Source: Epiperipatus broadwayi (Eukaryota; Animalia; Onychophora). From it: 64,000 nt of DNA. Positions within the stretch are counted from its first letter, which is position 1, and the number at the start of each line of letters is the position of its first letter. Shown piece after piece: positions 13,212 to 26,178 of this stretch. Below the pieces are notes generated by a model. The model saw only the letters and a list, made by a program, of their open reading frames with translations, was not told where the DNA came from and ran no database searches. Where the stretch lies: the NCBI GenBank assembly GCA_028023455.1, contig JAQFVV010000006.1, positions 16,740,001 through 16,804,000 on the forward strand, written 5' to 3'. The position numbers and the translations under genes were made by a program.

Positions 13212-15214
13212 AAAATAAATATAATAAAATACTGTGGAATAAACTCTATCAACAACAGCTAAAGCCAACTATCGCAGCTTATGCCATCATGAGTTGCATT
13301 TAACAGTACACTGTCATTAGCTGGCTATAACTATTATTGATTTTTTTAATATTGGTATATTGAATATTATATTTTGATTAATATATAAATTAAACTATAC
13401 TTAGTATTTATTACGTTGTGTTTAATATATAAAAAGCATTTGAAAAAGATGAAAGTGTTTAATGATTATTGATTATTCAGGCATAGATGGCACTAGAATA
13501 GAGAGCTGCTGTTGTTTTATTAAATATTATATAAGCTAAAAAATCAGTTGTTTTATTATTAAGGTTCCTTGTCAGGAAAAATGGTGTCTGCAATTAGAAA
13601 AGAATTGTGAAACTGTTTAAGCACATTGGACTGGATTGAATTCAAACCTTTCACATGATTGGTTAAATAGAGTTAAGTATTGTTGCTAAATATATAACTG
13701 CATAAACTGATAGTGAATGGGAATTGAAATACACTACTATCTACTAATCCCTGATTACTCAAGCTTACTATAGGTGGCACTAGAGTAAAGAGCTACTTTT
13801 GTTTTATACATAATGGGTAAACTAAAGAATCAAATAATGTGTTAATACGAAATTCTTAAAGTTAGGAGCGAAGGTCGGGGAGTTGGCAACCAATTGCCAT
13901 TTTTTTTGATGGCTGTAACATGGAAGAAAATTTAATTTGGTTCTATTTAATAGGAAGTTTTCATATCTGTTTGAAGTGAATTGAAGCAGAATTAGTATTT
14001 TACTTTCTTATTGAAAAAGAAAAATAATCCTTTTAGTATTTTTTAAATAATTAATTTATTATGTTTTTATAATATTTAGTTGATTCATCATAATTGTTTA
14101 TATTGATTTTGAAATTTATTTTTATTTATTAACATTTTGTTTCTTTTACGGCATTAAATTTTTTTATTATAAAGTTTTGCATTTTTTATTCACTAAAAAT
14201 AAACAAACATAAAAAGACAAGTAAGATAAAGTTAATATCCTATTTTCAATAATTTGTATATAAAATATCTATTAGTTATATACCATCTTTGTCTTCTTGG
14301 CTTAAATTATCATTAAATCAAAACATGTTAAAGTATACAATTAGTAGTTTTCTTTACAATTCGAATTTGCTTTAAATAAAAATGTATAAAAGAGGAAAAA
14401 ATATTGTTTATATTTTCAAATATTGGAAAGTTTTGTAATAAATTGTTTCATTTTGGTAAGAATTTATATATATTTTGCTGTTAATCCTCTATTTAATCAC
14501 AGAATTATATAGAGCAATATGCTGTTTCTTATCAGTTACTTAATTCAGGGACTCAGAAAAGAATGAAAATGTGATTTAAATATTTAGTAATACTTATAAT
14601 TCGCACAAAAAATTGTTCACTGGCATGTATGAAAGCAAATATTTTTAGACAGTAAAAACAATTTCCATTTCTTTTATTGTATGGTTTTTAGACTTGTCTT
14701 TTTAAAAACAAACATTTTCAAGTAAAATGTAATTATAATCACATATCTTTTTGGTTTAAAATAAATATTTTACAAATATATTTTATAAATAAAGTTAAGT
14801 ATATAAATAAATTATTGAAAATTACAATGTTACTGTCATAAATATTAAAATAAGTAAGCCCACTAAAATAGCTGGAGATCAAATAATATGCCATAATTGA
14901 TGCTCTTCATTTCTTTGTATTATAATGCAACCAAACAGGATATTGGTGGCTTCTTTCATGTGAAGAATTTGTTTAAGATCCTTATGATACTGACATCTTC
15001 AGACTTTTTAAAAAAATACTAATTTAATTCCAATTTCTGTGCAATAAAAAATGCAAATGATAAAACTAATATAGATAATCTCAAAGTGCACAGAAAAGCT
15101 AATGTTTATAGTGATACTACTGTACTACTCCAAAACATCTCAAAATTAGCAACTTTGATGATTAAATTCTAGCACATTAAAAAATTCTCTTGAAACCAAA
15201 ACTATCATCTAGCT

Positions 15215-16426
15215 CAGTGGTCTTCAACATTTTCATATCTGTGGACCGGCAAAAATAAGGGTAAGATTTTACAGAGCAGCAGAAGTCTACAGATAAATTT
15301 TTTTAAAGATTTAAACTGCTTAGCCTTAGATGAGCATAATTATTATAACTGACCAAAACAACACACTAGTTACTGTGTATTGTAATGATGTTGCTTACCT
15401 TCACATGCTGAACACTTTCTCAAGTTGTGCAGTCATACTGCTACAGAAAACAGTACAATGACAATTGTTCTCATTAATGTGCCTACATTGCTGTTTATTA
15501 TTTCATTGTTAAAACATGCTAGAGTAAAATGTTATTCACCTGAATGTAGGGAAATATCACAGCTAGTGTAATTACATGACAGTGATTATGATAAATGTAA
15601 TATCTGTATTTAATATTAAATATACAAATGAAGTTATATATATGTGGTGTTTGTGTAATAAAAAAACATTTTTATTTTGAAATTTTTTTAGAAAAATAAT
15701 AAAAAAATTAATTCTATCCCCCTATAAACATCTGTGATTTTCATTGTTTCTTTTTTTTAATTGGGTAAAAATGAGATTAAAATAACACCAGATTGCATTA
15801 GTTATTTACTCTTGAAATCACATGAGGACCACTTGTAAAGCCACTGGGAAAATTGAGCTGAAAAGTTGTTTTGGTAAAGTGTCACATATAAATAAAACAG
15901 TCATTATAAAAATGTCATTTTGCTAAAAAAAAAAGATAATAGATTTACGTTCTTGATGAAGGGAAATCATCATCAATGATCTGTCTCCATTTTGTGAAGT
16001 TTACAATTTCAAAAAGAAATGTCTCACAAAATAAAAAGATGATACAAATGCAATAAAAAAATTTGCTATATGTGACCAATAAATGAGATGACACAATAGA
16101 AAAATGACTACTAGGTATCATGTAAGGAGTGGTGCAATTATCATGAGATTGACACTTTGTCTTTTAAAGATCGCATTTTCAGATAAATTCCTTTGATTAT
16201 TATTTAGTAATTATAGTACTATCTAATAATTTAAATAAAATTTTGATTTATAATTAATTTTATTTAAGCAATTGCAATGAAAAAATAAATAAAAATTGTT
16301 TATATTATTTATAAGTTTAAAATCTTATTATTTTCTTATTACAAACTTTCCTGTCAGTCTAGTGTGGACAGCAGAAAACTTCTGTGGCCCGGTGCCGGTC
16401 CATGGACCAAGGGTTGAAGACCACTG
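15215..16426. mobile_element. Non-autonomous hAT (Charlie-like) element
   Basis: Perfect 14-bp TIR, CAGTGGTCTTCAAC / GTTGAAGACCACTG. 8-bp flanks ATCTAGCT / GTCTAGGT fit the Charlie NTCTAGAN-type target. Confidence 0.85.
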
Positions 16427-17025
16427 GTCTAGGTTATGGGAATGAAAATATCTCGATAGTAAATGACAGAACATACTTTATATATTAAAAAAAATGACAA
16501 AAACAGCTTCTAAATGTTCCATGACACGTCCGAAAAGTGTTTTCTGTATCTATGAGCAAGAAGATATTAATCAAGTTTCCCAAGTGATAATGGCTTTAGT
16601 GCCTTTTCTTGTTTACCTTCTATTTAAGATTAGCTAGAAATTATTTACCAGAAAATCTTGGATGGCAACTAGGTTAGTTATGGAAGTGTATGTAAAAGGG
16701 AAATTTTTAGACCTGTGTGGAATCTTGGAAAAGTTTTACACTTTATCTAGCTTGAATTTCAATCCTAAGTTGTACTGGCTGGTAAATGTACTAAGCACTA
16801 TACTTCCATGATGTCATTCATACAGTGTACATGCATATATATCATAAATCCACAATTAAATTATATTGTCATGAAAAAGAATGTGATAAAAATGAGTCAG
16901 TAAATTTTGCAAGTTCTTTTGTATTTATATAAGCAAAATAAACCATGGTCAAATTAATTTATTTGTTTTTTAGTAAAGTGAGTCAAAATTCATATGGATA
17001 AGCAAGATATTGGATATGTCAACAT

Positions 17026-17345
17026 CACCACTTTCAATCATTATCAATCCACTGCCGAATGAAGGTCTCTCCAAATTTAGTCCTAGCCTTTCTTCTTCAC
17101 TTCACACTAGCAAACATTCCTATTTCATCCATCTATCTCAGATGTGGCTTTTTTCTAGAGTTTTTACAATGTCTTGGGATCCAGTTTACAATTTATTATC
17201 ATCTCTTCTAGCAATATGTCCAGCCCATTTCCACTTCAGTCTCTTAATTCTTTCAGTGATGCCAGTAATCATGATTTCTTATTTAACCCAAGTATTTCAC
17301 TTACCATTCATTCTTATTACTTTCAGCATATATCTCTTCATACTT
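17026..17345 (-). mobile_element. 3' end fragment of an RTE-clade LINE
   Basis: Minus-strand translation gives ITERIKRLKWKWAGHIARRD and, near the end in another frame, GETFIRQWIDN*, typical of RTE ORF C-termini. Second copy at 56489-56745. Confidence 0.8.
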
Positions 17346-18361
17346 ATTTGAGTTGGTCAACACATGTATTAAAAAGCTTTCTTTAATTTCAAATACGTAA
17401 ACATATTTCCTTTTAATACTAAATTATTTCTACCAAAAGCATTCCATTCAAGTTTATGATTAATTTCATTCATTATGTTTCAGTCTGTATTAATAAAGTA
17501 TATTGCTTTTATTTGCTTGTTAGAGATCAACATTTGTGCTAAAAAAAAAAAAGAAGAGAAACTAAGGCGAATATACTAATGCGAAAATACTTTGCACACG
17601 CACACACGTTATAGCAAAATGATATATAAAAATTTGGTTCTTACTTAATTCTGAAAATATATCTGATGAAAAGAATAAATTCTTTTTGCTCAAGTATTTT
17701 CATATCTAGACTTTTTTCAGTTGTTGTTTAAAAGTAAAACCATAGATAACATTTTTTCTCATCAATTTTGTAAGATGTCTCTTTCAATTTCTCAGTAAAA
17801 TTGGATTTGTGTGCATTTTGAAGTCATAAGTCAAAAAGGGTCATAGTTTATCACTGCTTTGGAAAAGATTGATTAATTGGTCAGATGTGGCCTGATAAAA
17901 TGTGGCACCATCAATGAAGAAACCATGGAGCTAACATTTTTGTAATTTTAATTTAAAGAACATAACATGAATGTCTAGATGTGTATTATTTAAAAACTAA
18001 ACATAAATTGTTTTTCGGATTTTTTTAAAAGCATTTTCACCTGTTATCCAAAATTTTGAAAAGTAAATTTGGTCTGAATACACTAACCCTTTTGCTTCTT
18101 ATTTGTTCTTTAAAATTACTTAATTTGTACATTTTCTTATTTTTTTGTATTTTTTCTAAAAATGTCATTATTTGTTTTTTCAAAATATTTTCTTCTTTTC
18201 TTAAGTGTCTGCAGTAATTTTTAATTTTTCTTGACTATCTATATCATTCACGAAAGTTTTTATTTTTATGTTGTTTAGAATACTATTGAATGATTTTTGT
18301 TTTTTTACATACTACCTTATCTTATAATCACGTTTTAAATTTTTTTATGTCATCACCCCTT

Positions 18362-18545
18362 GTAGTTTAGCATAGAAATAGAGTGATGGATTTGAGAGCT
18401 GAAGGTTTCTGGATCAAATTTACATCTATTCACATGATGTTCTGAAACATAAACACTATTATTGTTTTTGCCCTGTATGGTTTAGTCTAGTGGTTGAATG
18501 GTGGACCGAGGTGAAAGCTCCTGAATCAATTATCAGCTAATCACT
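18362..18545 (+). mobile_element. Two very degenerate tRNA-like SINE heads
   Basis: GTAGTTTAGCATAG... and TGGTTTAGTCTAGTGGTTGA... resemble A boxes. The B boxes are poor. Confidence 0.25.
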
Positions 18546-19389
18546 ATAAATAAAAAAAGAAAGACTGCCCAACTTGATAGAAAGAAGCTGTTGATGCTGA
18601 ATTTGCGATTAATGCTCTTAAATGTCACATGATCTTACAAGCAATTTAGTATTACAATTGGAATTTTAATGATATTTTAATTATATTTATATTTTCCCTG
18701 TTGGTTCACTAAGTAATTCACTTTATATATAATCTGTTCACATTTTTATAGATTTTTCTACAAAGAGCTACTATTTTAGAATGTCAGAGATATTAAATAT
18801 ACATATTAATAATAATAAAAATATTAATGCCTTATTGTAACACAATTTATTACGATTCTAGGAGCAGTCTTTTTCACTCTTCTTCAGAGCTATTTACTAC
18901 AATGGGAGTGATCATTGAATACCAAATGGTATAATACTACATCTCTACCTCCTGATCTGTTTTTGATTCTTGTCTGAGGACTAAGATTCAAAGTTATTCT
19001 TTAGTACAACTAACAAACCCTTTTTATATTATTTAAATTAATCTGAAATTAAGAAAAAAAAAAAACCCAAACCAGGATTAACTGGTTTGGCGATGGGAAT
19101 ATTACAACATTATATCATTTGGAGTCCTTTGATTATTCAAAATCACAATAGACGGCTCTAAAACGGAGTAAAAAAATGTTACTCTTAGGAAAGCATATGA
19201 AAGTGGTTTACAGGTGGCATAAAAATCAGACCTCGAATATGAGATCTAGGTTTGGTCTTAGTATAATATATATGCAAATATGTTGGCTTTCATTCAAAAT
19301 TTTAATTAAGGGTTATTAATTTGCATAGTATAAAGGAATGAAAGATGTTGCTAGATATATAATAACTTTTTAAGCTTTGAACCTTAAGT

Positions 19390-19440
19390 CATCATCTGAT
19401 GAAAGCAAAAGGCAGAATCAGTGAGAAATGGGGATATTAT
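19390..19440 (+). ncRNA. Degenerate family-B hammerhead-like relic (B3)
   Basis: CTGATGAAAGCAAAAGGCAGAATCAG...TGGGGATATT echoes 8821-8866, but GAAA and helix III are disrupted. Confidence 0.3.
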
Positions 19441-21599
19441 AGTCTCATACCATCTGATGTTCATTGCTTATTCAAGCTTGCAGTAAATGGTTTTAGAGAA
19501 GGGTGAAAACTGCACATGGAACAACATAAGAGAGCATTTGAAAAAGGCAACTAAATGACTGTGGTATTATTTTGAATTAAATTTGTTCTTAATACAGTAT
19601 TAACATATTCTTCAGCAATTTAAAATAGGAAAACAATCTAATTTTAATTCCCAAATTTTGGCAAAACAAAATGGTTATAGCATTTAATCAAGATGTACTA
19701 TAGCTTGCTTAGAGATGGATATCATTAATTTTTTTTATTTTTTTGCAATTGTTTCTCTAATTGTAAAAACAAACAAACAAATAAAAAAAAATCTTACTCC
19801 TTTCTGATATCAGTTTTTTAATTGCACTTTTTAATATTGTGATATTACTCAGTTACTAGTCTTTTTTTCTTTTCAACTTGCTAATTTTTCTATCATTTTG
19901 ATATTCTTACATCATTCATTTTTGTTGCATGGTTATAATAACATAGTTATCACTTTTTATAATTTTGTTACTGATTTTTGTTTGCATTCGTTATTTTCAT
20001 GTATCCATGTCTTTTATTTTATCACCACAAATCCATTTAAAAAAAGAAAAAATGAGCATTATATTTTTTATTCAATGTTTATGTCCGATCTTTTCACAAG
20101 AGTTCTCTAGGATGATAAGCTTTGGTCAATTAATGATTCTTCAGAGATATAGAATTTAGGGATATTGATAATCCACATTCCATTTTCAATTCTCTTTATA
20201 ATTAAAACTTGATGTTCATTTTTTTTCAGTCATCTCTAAACAATAAAATCTGATCAGCCTCTTGATTCTTTTTCCATTGATGAATCAAGCTCTCTTGGAT
20301 TATTTGATAGATGTATCATAGTTCTTTAATTTGCAGTAAGAAAACAAGTAACAATCTTTTATATATGCTGCTTAGATCTGTGATCCAGCGGTGATCTCTG
20401 GATTGTCATTCTATTTTGGTACTTCCAATTTTCAAGCTTGACAACTTTCAGAGCTAAAGACTTTTCAGATTATTTTTAAAAAAAAGCATTTAAAAACAGT
20501 TGGGAGAAATATTTTGATTGTTTTTTGCATGATGATATACAAATTCATATTGACTAAATTTAATGATTATATTCATCTTATTGACTTATTTAGATTAGGC
20601 AGAAATATTCCTTTCAAATTCTTTTTTTTTTTTAATATACTGAAGGTTGTTATTTCCTTTTTATTTTTAAGGAAAAAACTTATTTTTTTTTATTAAATCT
20701 TTACATTTTTTGCAAATTTTGCTATAAACATAAACTCAAAAAACAAAAGTAATCTTAAAAATATCAATTATACAAATAAAAAACTAGAAATAATCAATAT
20801 AAAATAATTTATTTCATCCATTAGGTTAAAAATGTATTTAATGTAAAATCCCTATGAAATCTTTATATTTTCGCAAATTCTATTGAAGTATAAGTTTGTT
20901 GACTTACTTCATACTTTTTAGCAAAAAAATAAAAAATAAATTGTTATATATATATTGCACCAGATCGTAGAACGTCCATGCACAAGATGGCTGTAGCCAA
21001 CATTTTGGCACAGCTAACTTTATTGAATTCGTGAATAAACAATGAGAGTTGGTCTATACTAGATGCCCATCTCCCTGCATACATAACTAAAACTTATATA
21101 TTAGTTTATTTTGGAATAATTAACACATACTATAAATGTATATCCTTTGGATAAAAGTATTTATAAATTTATATGAAGAAATTAGAGAATTAACAGTTTT
21201 TTACGTGGTGGAATATTTTATGTATTTATTAGTATATGTATCATATTTATTGCATATGGTCCAACACATATATGTATAAAGATTTCTGTATATTTAATAT
21301 ATATATATATTTTTTTGATAGTTTTTAAAGTGTTTTTTTTTTTTTTTTTTTAAAATGTATTTTTTTTTTTGTGAAAAGAATCTGCCATTGTGGATTTAAT
21401 CAATCTCTGTCTTTCTATTTATATATATATATATTTGTTTGTAATCATGTAGAATAATTTTAATTAATTTGTAAAATCGAATTAAAAGTGTTTTATATAA
21501 AGAATGTGGGTTGTCTATTACTCCAATATGGAGTTTTAAATTCCTAAAAAGAAAAAAAAATAGGAAAAAGAGAGATTTTGAAACAAAATTTGTAAGGGA

Positions 21600-22480
21600 A
21601 TGTACTTAAAATAAAATTATCTGAAGCAATATCTCAAAGGGGGATGCAAGCAATTGCAACTTGTGGGCAGACTGAGGGATATAATAACCTACCTGTGAGG
21701 TGTAGGGGAATGAGATGATTATTATTCTTTTGGCTCGTTATGCTGTTGGATTGCTGAATATTTTTTTAGTCTGAGAGGGAGTTTGATGGAAATTCTTCTG
21801 CTGTTCGTGGTGAGCATATATTTTTTGTTTATGGGACCTGCTGGTTATGGAACGGATAAACTTTTGTTGAATGTTTATCTTTGTGGTTTGGGTAGATATT
21901 AATTAAAGCTACCAACACTCATATGATTTTGGAAATCATTTAATCATCCGCAGTTCGGTGATAATAAAAAAAAAAACATTTTGGATTGCCGTTACTAAAT
22001 GATAGGAAACGAAGCACCCAGGGGTATAATTCTAGAAATTACCAGAGATGAATTTCTAATAGTTAAATTGGTAATGGAACCTTGATACGGTAATTTTTTT
22101 GTCATACTATCATCAAATCACATTTAAGAAGAAAGGAAAGAATGAAGATGTAAATCCATTTCATGGAAAACAAGCTTACCGTGGAAGTCATATGAATTGG
22201 TAATTTATATTAAGTTATCCAGTAAAAAAACGTCCCTAAAATGATAACCAAGTTTTATCTAATTGTCCAGAAAGTTATGGAGTAGAAGAACCATAGCAGT
22301 GCACCCTCCGGTTCAGATCTTTAATCACCAAGATGTGTGTTCTTTAGATCCAGTGTATCCTGATTGAAGGCCTCTACATGTATGGAAAGGAGTTAAAGTG
22401 AATTTCACTGTCCCTTCTAGTAGTTTAATTGGTCTCCCCAAAGTTTGAACCCGGAGAAAATGCAGAATAGAGATGAGTAA
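21600..22480 (-). pseudogene. Possible highly decayed Penelope-like reverse transcriptase remnant
   Basis: Stop- and frameshift-ridden minus-strand translation gives, in the expected order, TAM (as in GTAMG), FDD (as in YIDD) and SVP...ICS (as in SIPYSQ..RICS). Weak motif matching by eye. Confidence 0.3.
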
Positions 22481-22729
22481 AACAAAAGAAAAGATATATT
22501 TATATTTTATTATTGTATTATTAGATTTGATATAATAAGTTTATAATTGTACTATATTTATTAACACATTATTAGATATGATTATATTTTTTTTATTTGT
22601 GTATAATATTGTAAAATAAGATTGCATATACATAGGTCTCACTTAAGTCTACTAAGTGTAGGATTGTCATTTACTTGTTCTTTTCCTCATTTTTGCCTTT
22701 ATGTCCTATTTATTTTTAATCATGGCAGC

Positions 22730-24332
22730 GACTCCTCATGTTGAGTGTCATATGGCTAGCCTAAACATTTTTTTTTAAAAAACAAAAAAAAAAAGGGAAA
22801 TAAGTAAGATATAGCTTTACATACCTAAAGGTAAATATATATCTAACCCTAACAATTTATTTTAGTAATTGAGGAAAGTTCAAATGATTAGACCTGTATA
22901 TAATTTTAGTTATTATTTAGTTAAATTTATGAAATTAAGCATTCGTAGTTTTGTGCAGGGAGAGGGGAGTATAGACCACGCCCATTAGACACTGTCTTTG
23001 AACATTTCATATTTTAGGGCAAAATGAGTTAACTTGCATATAAGTTAGAGAATGTATTTTTATTTTTAACATAAATGTATATTTTTAACCTTTTGACTGT
23101 TTGACTCGTTCTTAATCGAGGCAATTTTTGATACATATTCGTAAATTCGTTTTTAATCGAGTAAATTTGACATCGCTGTAAATTGCTTAGTTTTTGGACT
23201 ACGTTTACGGTTTTAACGTCATTTTTTAGAACGCAAAAAGTTTTATAATATACTGCCATCTATTGAATTATTTTACAAGTAAAAAATCAATTAATTGATG
23301 ATTTATGTCAAACAAAAACTAAGCACTGCCTTTTCACATCTTTTCTTGAATCTTATTGGCTGTTGAAATTTTGTAAACAAAAGAAAATGGAAAAGCTCCG
23401 CCTTCTCATCATCTTTTCTTGAATCTTATTGGCTGTTAAAATTTTTATATGGCTGCCAAAAATTAAAAATTTACGAACGCTTTTGTTTTATTTTGAAAAT
23501 GATAAACGAATGTTTTAGAGCATTTTAACAATATTTTTTGATGAAATACAAATAAAATACAAATTATTTTCATATAATATGTCAAAAATAAATATTATTT
23601 TACAAAAATAGTTACAATTTTAGCAAGAATTATTTATTTATTGCAAAGTCGGGAAAAAAAAATCATAACGTGAAATTATGATTGCCGTTTCTTTTCATGT
23701 CAACCGTAACAAATATTTTTAAAATTAAAAATCAAAATTTATTTTTGAACAAACTTTCGTTTATTTTTATAATGTGAGAAATTACTAATATACTTTTTAA
23801 AAACGAAACTAAAGTGAATATATTTAAAAAAACGGTCAATAACTTTTGAAAAATTGATACATTATTTTGTGCATCGGCTAATTAAAAGCTTTGAGTGATA
23901 CCACCAGCAGCGAATGAACAATTGGACAGTTAAAGGGTTAATATAAAATCCAAATACTCTTGACTCCTCATGTTGAGTGTCATATGGCCAGCCTATACAT
24001 TTTTTTTTAAAAAACAAAAAAAAAAGGGAAATGAGTAAGATATAGCTTTACATACCTAAAGGTAAATATATATCTAACCCTAACAATTTATTTTAGTAAT
24101 TGAGGAAAGTTCAAATGATTAGACCTGTATATAATTTTAGAGTTATTATTTAGTTAAATTTATGAAATTAAGCATTCGTAGTTTTGTGGGAGTATAGACC
24201 ACGCCCATTAGACACTGTCTTTGAACATTTCATATTTTAGGGCAAAATGAGTTAACTTGCATATAAGTTAGAGAATGTATTTTTATTTTTAACATAAATG
24301 TATATTTTTAATATAAAATCCAAATACTCTTG
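22730..24332 (+). repeat. Tandem duplication of a ~371-bp unit; the first copy is interrupted by a piggyBac-type MITE
   Basis: GACTCCTCATGTTGAGTG...AATCCAAATACTCTTG occurs at 22730-23962 (with insert) and 23962-24332 (without). Confidence 0.93.
23089..23937. mobile_element. piggyBac-type non-autonomous element (849 bp)
   Basis: TTAA at 23085-23088 and 23938-23941. Ends CCTTTTGACTGT / ACAGTTAAAGGG. A single TTAA empty site is present in the duplicated copy (24308-24311). Confidence 0.9.
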
Positions 24333-25194
24333 TGTGATTTACATTATGTGTAGAATAGCAAAATTTAAACTAGAAAGCCGTACAATAGATTTATGATTTA
24401 ATCTTATATTATTTAAGGTATATGTGGTGGAGGGAGATGGTTAAATAAATAGTATTATCTTACATTTTATTTGCTTATCATATGTTTTGTTATATAATAG
24501 AACACATTCACCTATTTGTAATATATGTTGACCACAGCTATAAAAAAAATTTGTAGAAATACTTATCCCAAAGTACCTGGGATAGGGAATTATAAATGAT
24601 CTAGTCACTGGGATAGTTTATCGGGGAGTTGAATTATAATTTACTTTTTACCCAATTTTCCTTTATAAAATAAAACCATATTACCTCTTTGCATAATCTC
24701 TCGGTAGATAGGGAAAGGGGAGGGAGAACTATTTGACCTTTTATTTTCTTTTATCGATTGGGGTTAATGCACAAAGGTTGTCCAATTAGCACAATACTTG
24801 CAAAGGTATGTAAAGAGTGAGAAAAAATGTCTACATGTAGACATAGATAGGGGTGGGAGTATAAATAGTTTAATAAAGAAAGATTTTGATTTTATTTTAA
24901 ATTGAATTTCTTTTCGTTAATAATTCTTAAAGTAATACTTGTTTGTATTTATCCTGGGGTATTACCGAAGATTATTATCGATCTTCCAACTAGAATGTCT
25001 ATGTCATTTTATGCCCATGACGTATATAAATATATTTTTAAATGAATAAGGTGGTTGGGAGAATTGGACCGGTACAATATACACGTACATACACACAACC
25101 TTATATTTCAACTGTCCTGCAGTCTTCTTCAGAGCCACTACTATTTTAATTTCTAAAACTTTTAAAACATACGATTGTGTGTACACATATACAA

Positions 25195-25374
25195 TAACCA
25201 TTAGAAACTAGTCAACACTTAGACAATCCCAATATAGATAACAATCAACAATGACAAACTGTTATCAAGGCAATCTCCTTTAATGATAACGGTAGAATGA
25301 AGGTTGCTGTGATAATAGTTGAGATTGTTATCGATATTGGGATTGTCTAGGTGTTGATTAATTAATAATGGTTA
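25195..25374. repeat. Fold-back (palindromic) element, MITE-like
   Basis: Arms AGTCAACACTTAGACAATCCCAATATAGATAACAATC (25210-25246) and its near reverse complement (25323-25359). Outer TAACCATTA/TAATGGTTA. Confidence 0.85.
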
Positions 25375-25421
25375 CTTATAAACCCATTTAGCCTTGAGCT
25401 TTATTACATTTATATATATAC

Positions 25422-25790
25422 ATATAGGGGATTTGAACACAGACTTTCAAGCACCTTTAACTATTCACACTATCTCATGCACATGACCACACAAATGTAG
25501 AAATGATAAATAATCACCAATATATGTATTTCATGCTGAACCAGCACTCATTAGTTGGTCCAGATCATCATCTCCCACACACACACATATATATAAATAA
25601 TCAGTGCTCAGTTTATGTTAAGATTGCAAATCCTCATACTTTAATGGACAGGCTTCAATCTACTCCAACTTTCAACTCTTCAGCCATCCATTCCATTGAA
25701 AATCTGATGATAGAATGCCCAAATCCCATGCTGATCCCAATATTATTGTTAAGCCCATGTTCACCTCAAGTCATTCTGACCCCTCAGGTA
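25422..25790 (-). mobile_element. HHR-bearing repeat family A, copy A3 (left arm of a 757-bp palindrome)
   Basis: Reverse complement of 25811-26178, with scattered substitutions and indels. Confidence 0.9.
25510..25568 (-). ncRNA. Hammerhead motif A3, core-mutated (CUAAUGA)
   Basis: Minus strand: AUGAUC UGG ACCAA CUAAUGA GUGCU GGUUC AGCAU GAAA UACAUA UA UUGGU GAUUAU. The G5-to-A change is a known inactivating substitution. Confidence 0.75.
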
Positions 25791-25810
25791 TTTAAATGAA
25801 TAAGGTCCTA

Positions 25811-26178
25811 TACATGAGGGATCAGAGTGACTTGAAGTCAATATGGGCATAACAATAATATTGGTATCAGCATGGAATTTGGGCACCCCATCATCAGATT
25901 TTCAATAGTATGGATAGTTGAAGAGTTGGAGGTTGGAGTAGATTGAAGCCTGTCCATTAATGTATGAGGATTTGTTATCTTAATATAAACTGAGCACTGA
26001 TTATATAAATGTGTGGGAGGAGATGATCTGAACCAACTGATGAGTGCTGGTTCAGCATGAAATACATATATTAGTGATGATTTATTTTTTCTACATGTGT
26101 GTGGTCATGTGTATCAGGGTATGATATAGTATGGATAGTTAAAAGGTGCTTGAAAGTCTGTGTTCAAATCCCCTATAT
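25811..26178 (+). mobile_element. HHR-bearing repeat family A, copy A4 (right arm of the palindrome)
   Basis: Ends in GAAAGTCTGTGTTCAAATCCCCTATAT, the 3' terminus shared by the family. Confidence 0.9.
26023..26081 (+). ncRNA. Hammerhead motif A4, core intact
   Basis: AUGAUC UGA ACCAA CUGAUGA GUGCU GGUUC AGCAU GAAA UACAUA UA UUAGU GAUGAU. One mismatch in proximal helix I and one in the distal segment. Confidence 0.8.

Noticed and set aside
25700-25740. Antisense CTGATGA plus hairpin (TGGAAT/ATTCCA in the A3/A4 consensus) in family A, suggesting ribozymes on both strands
   Set aside because: No GAAA follows the hairpin in the copies that extend far enough, so an ambisense (viroid-like) design is not supported.
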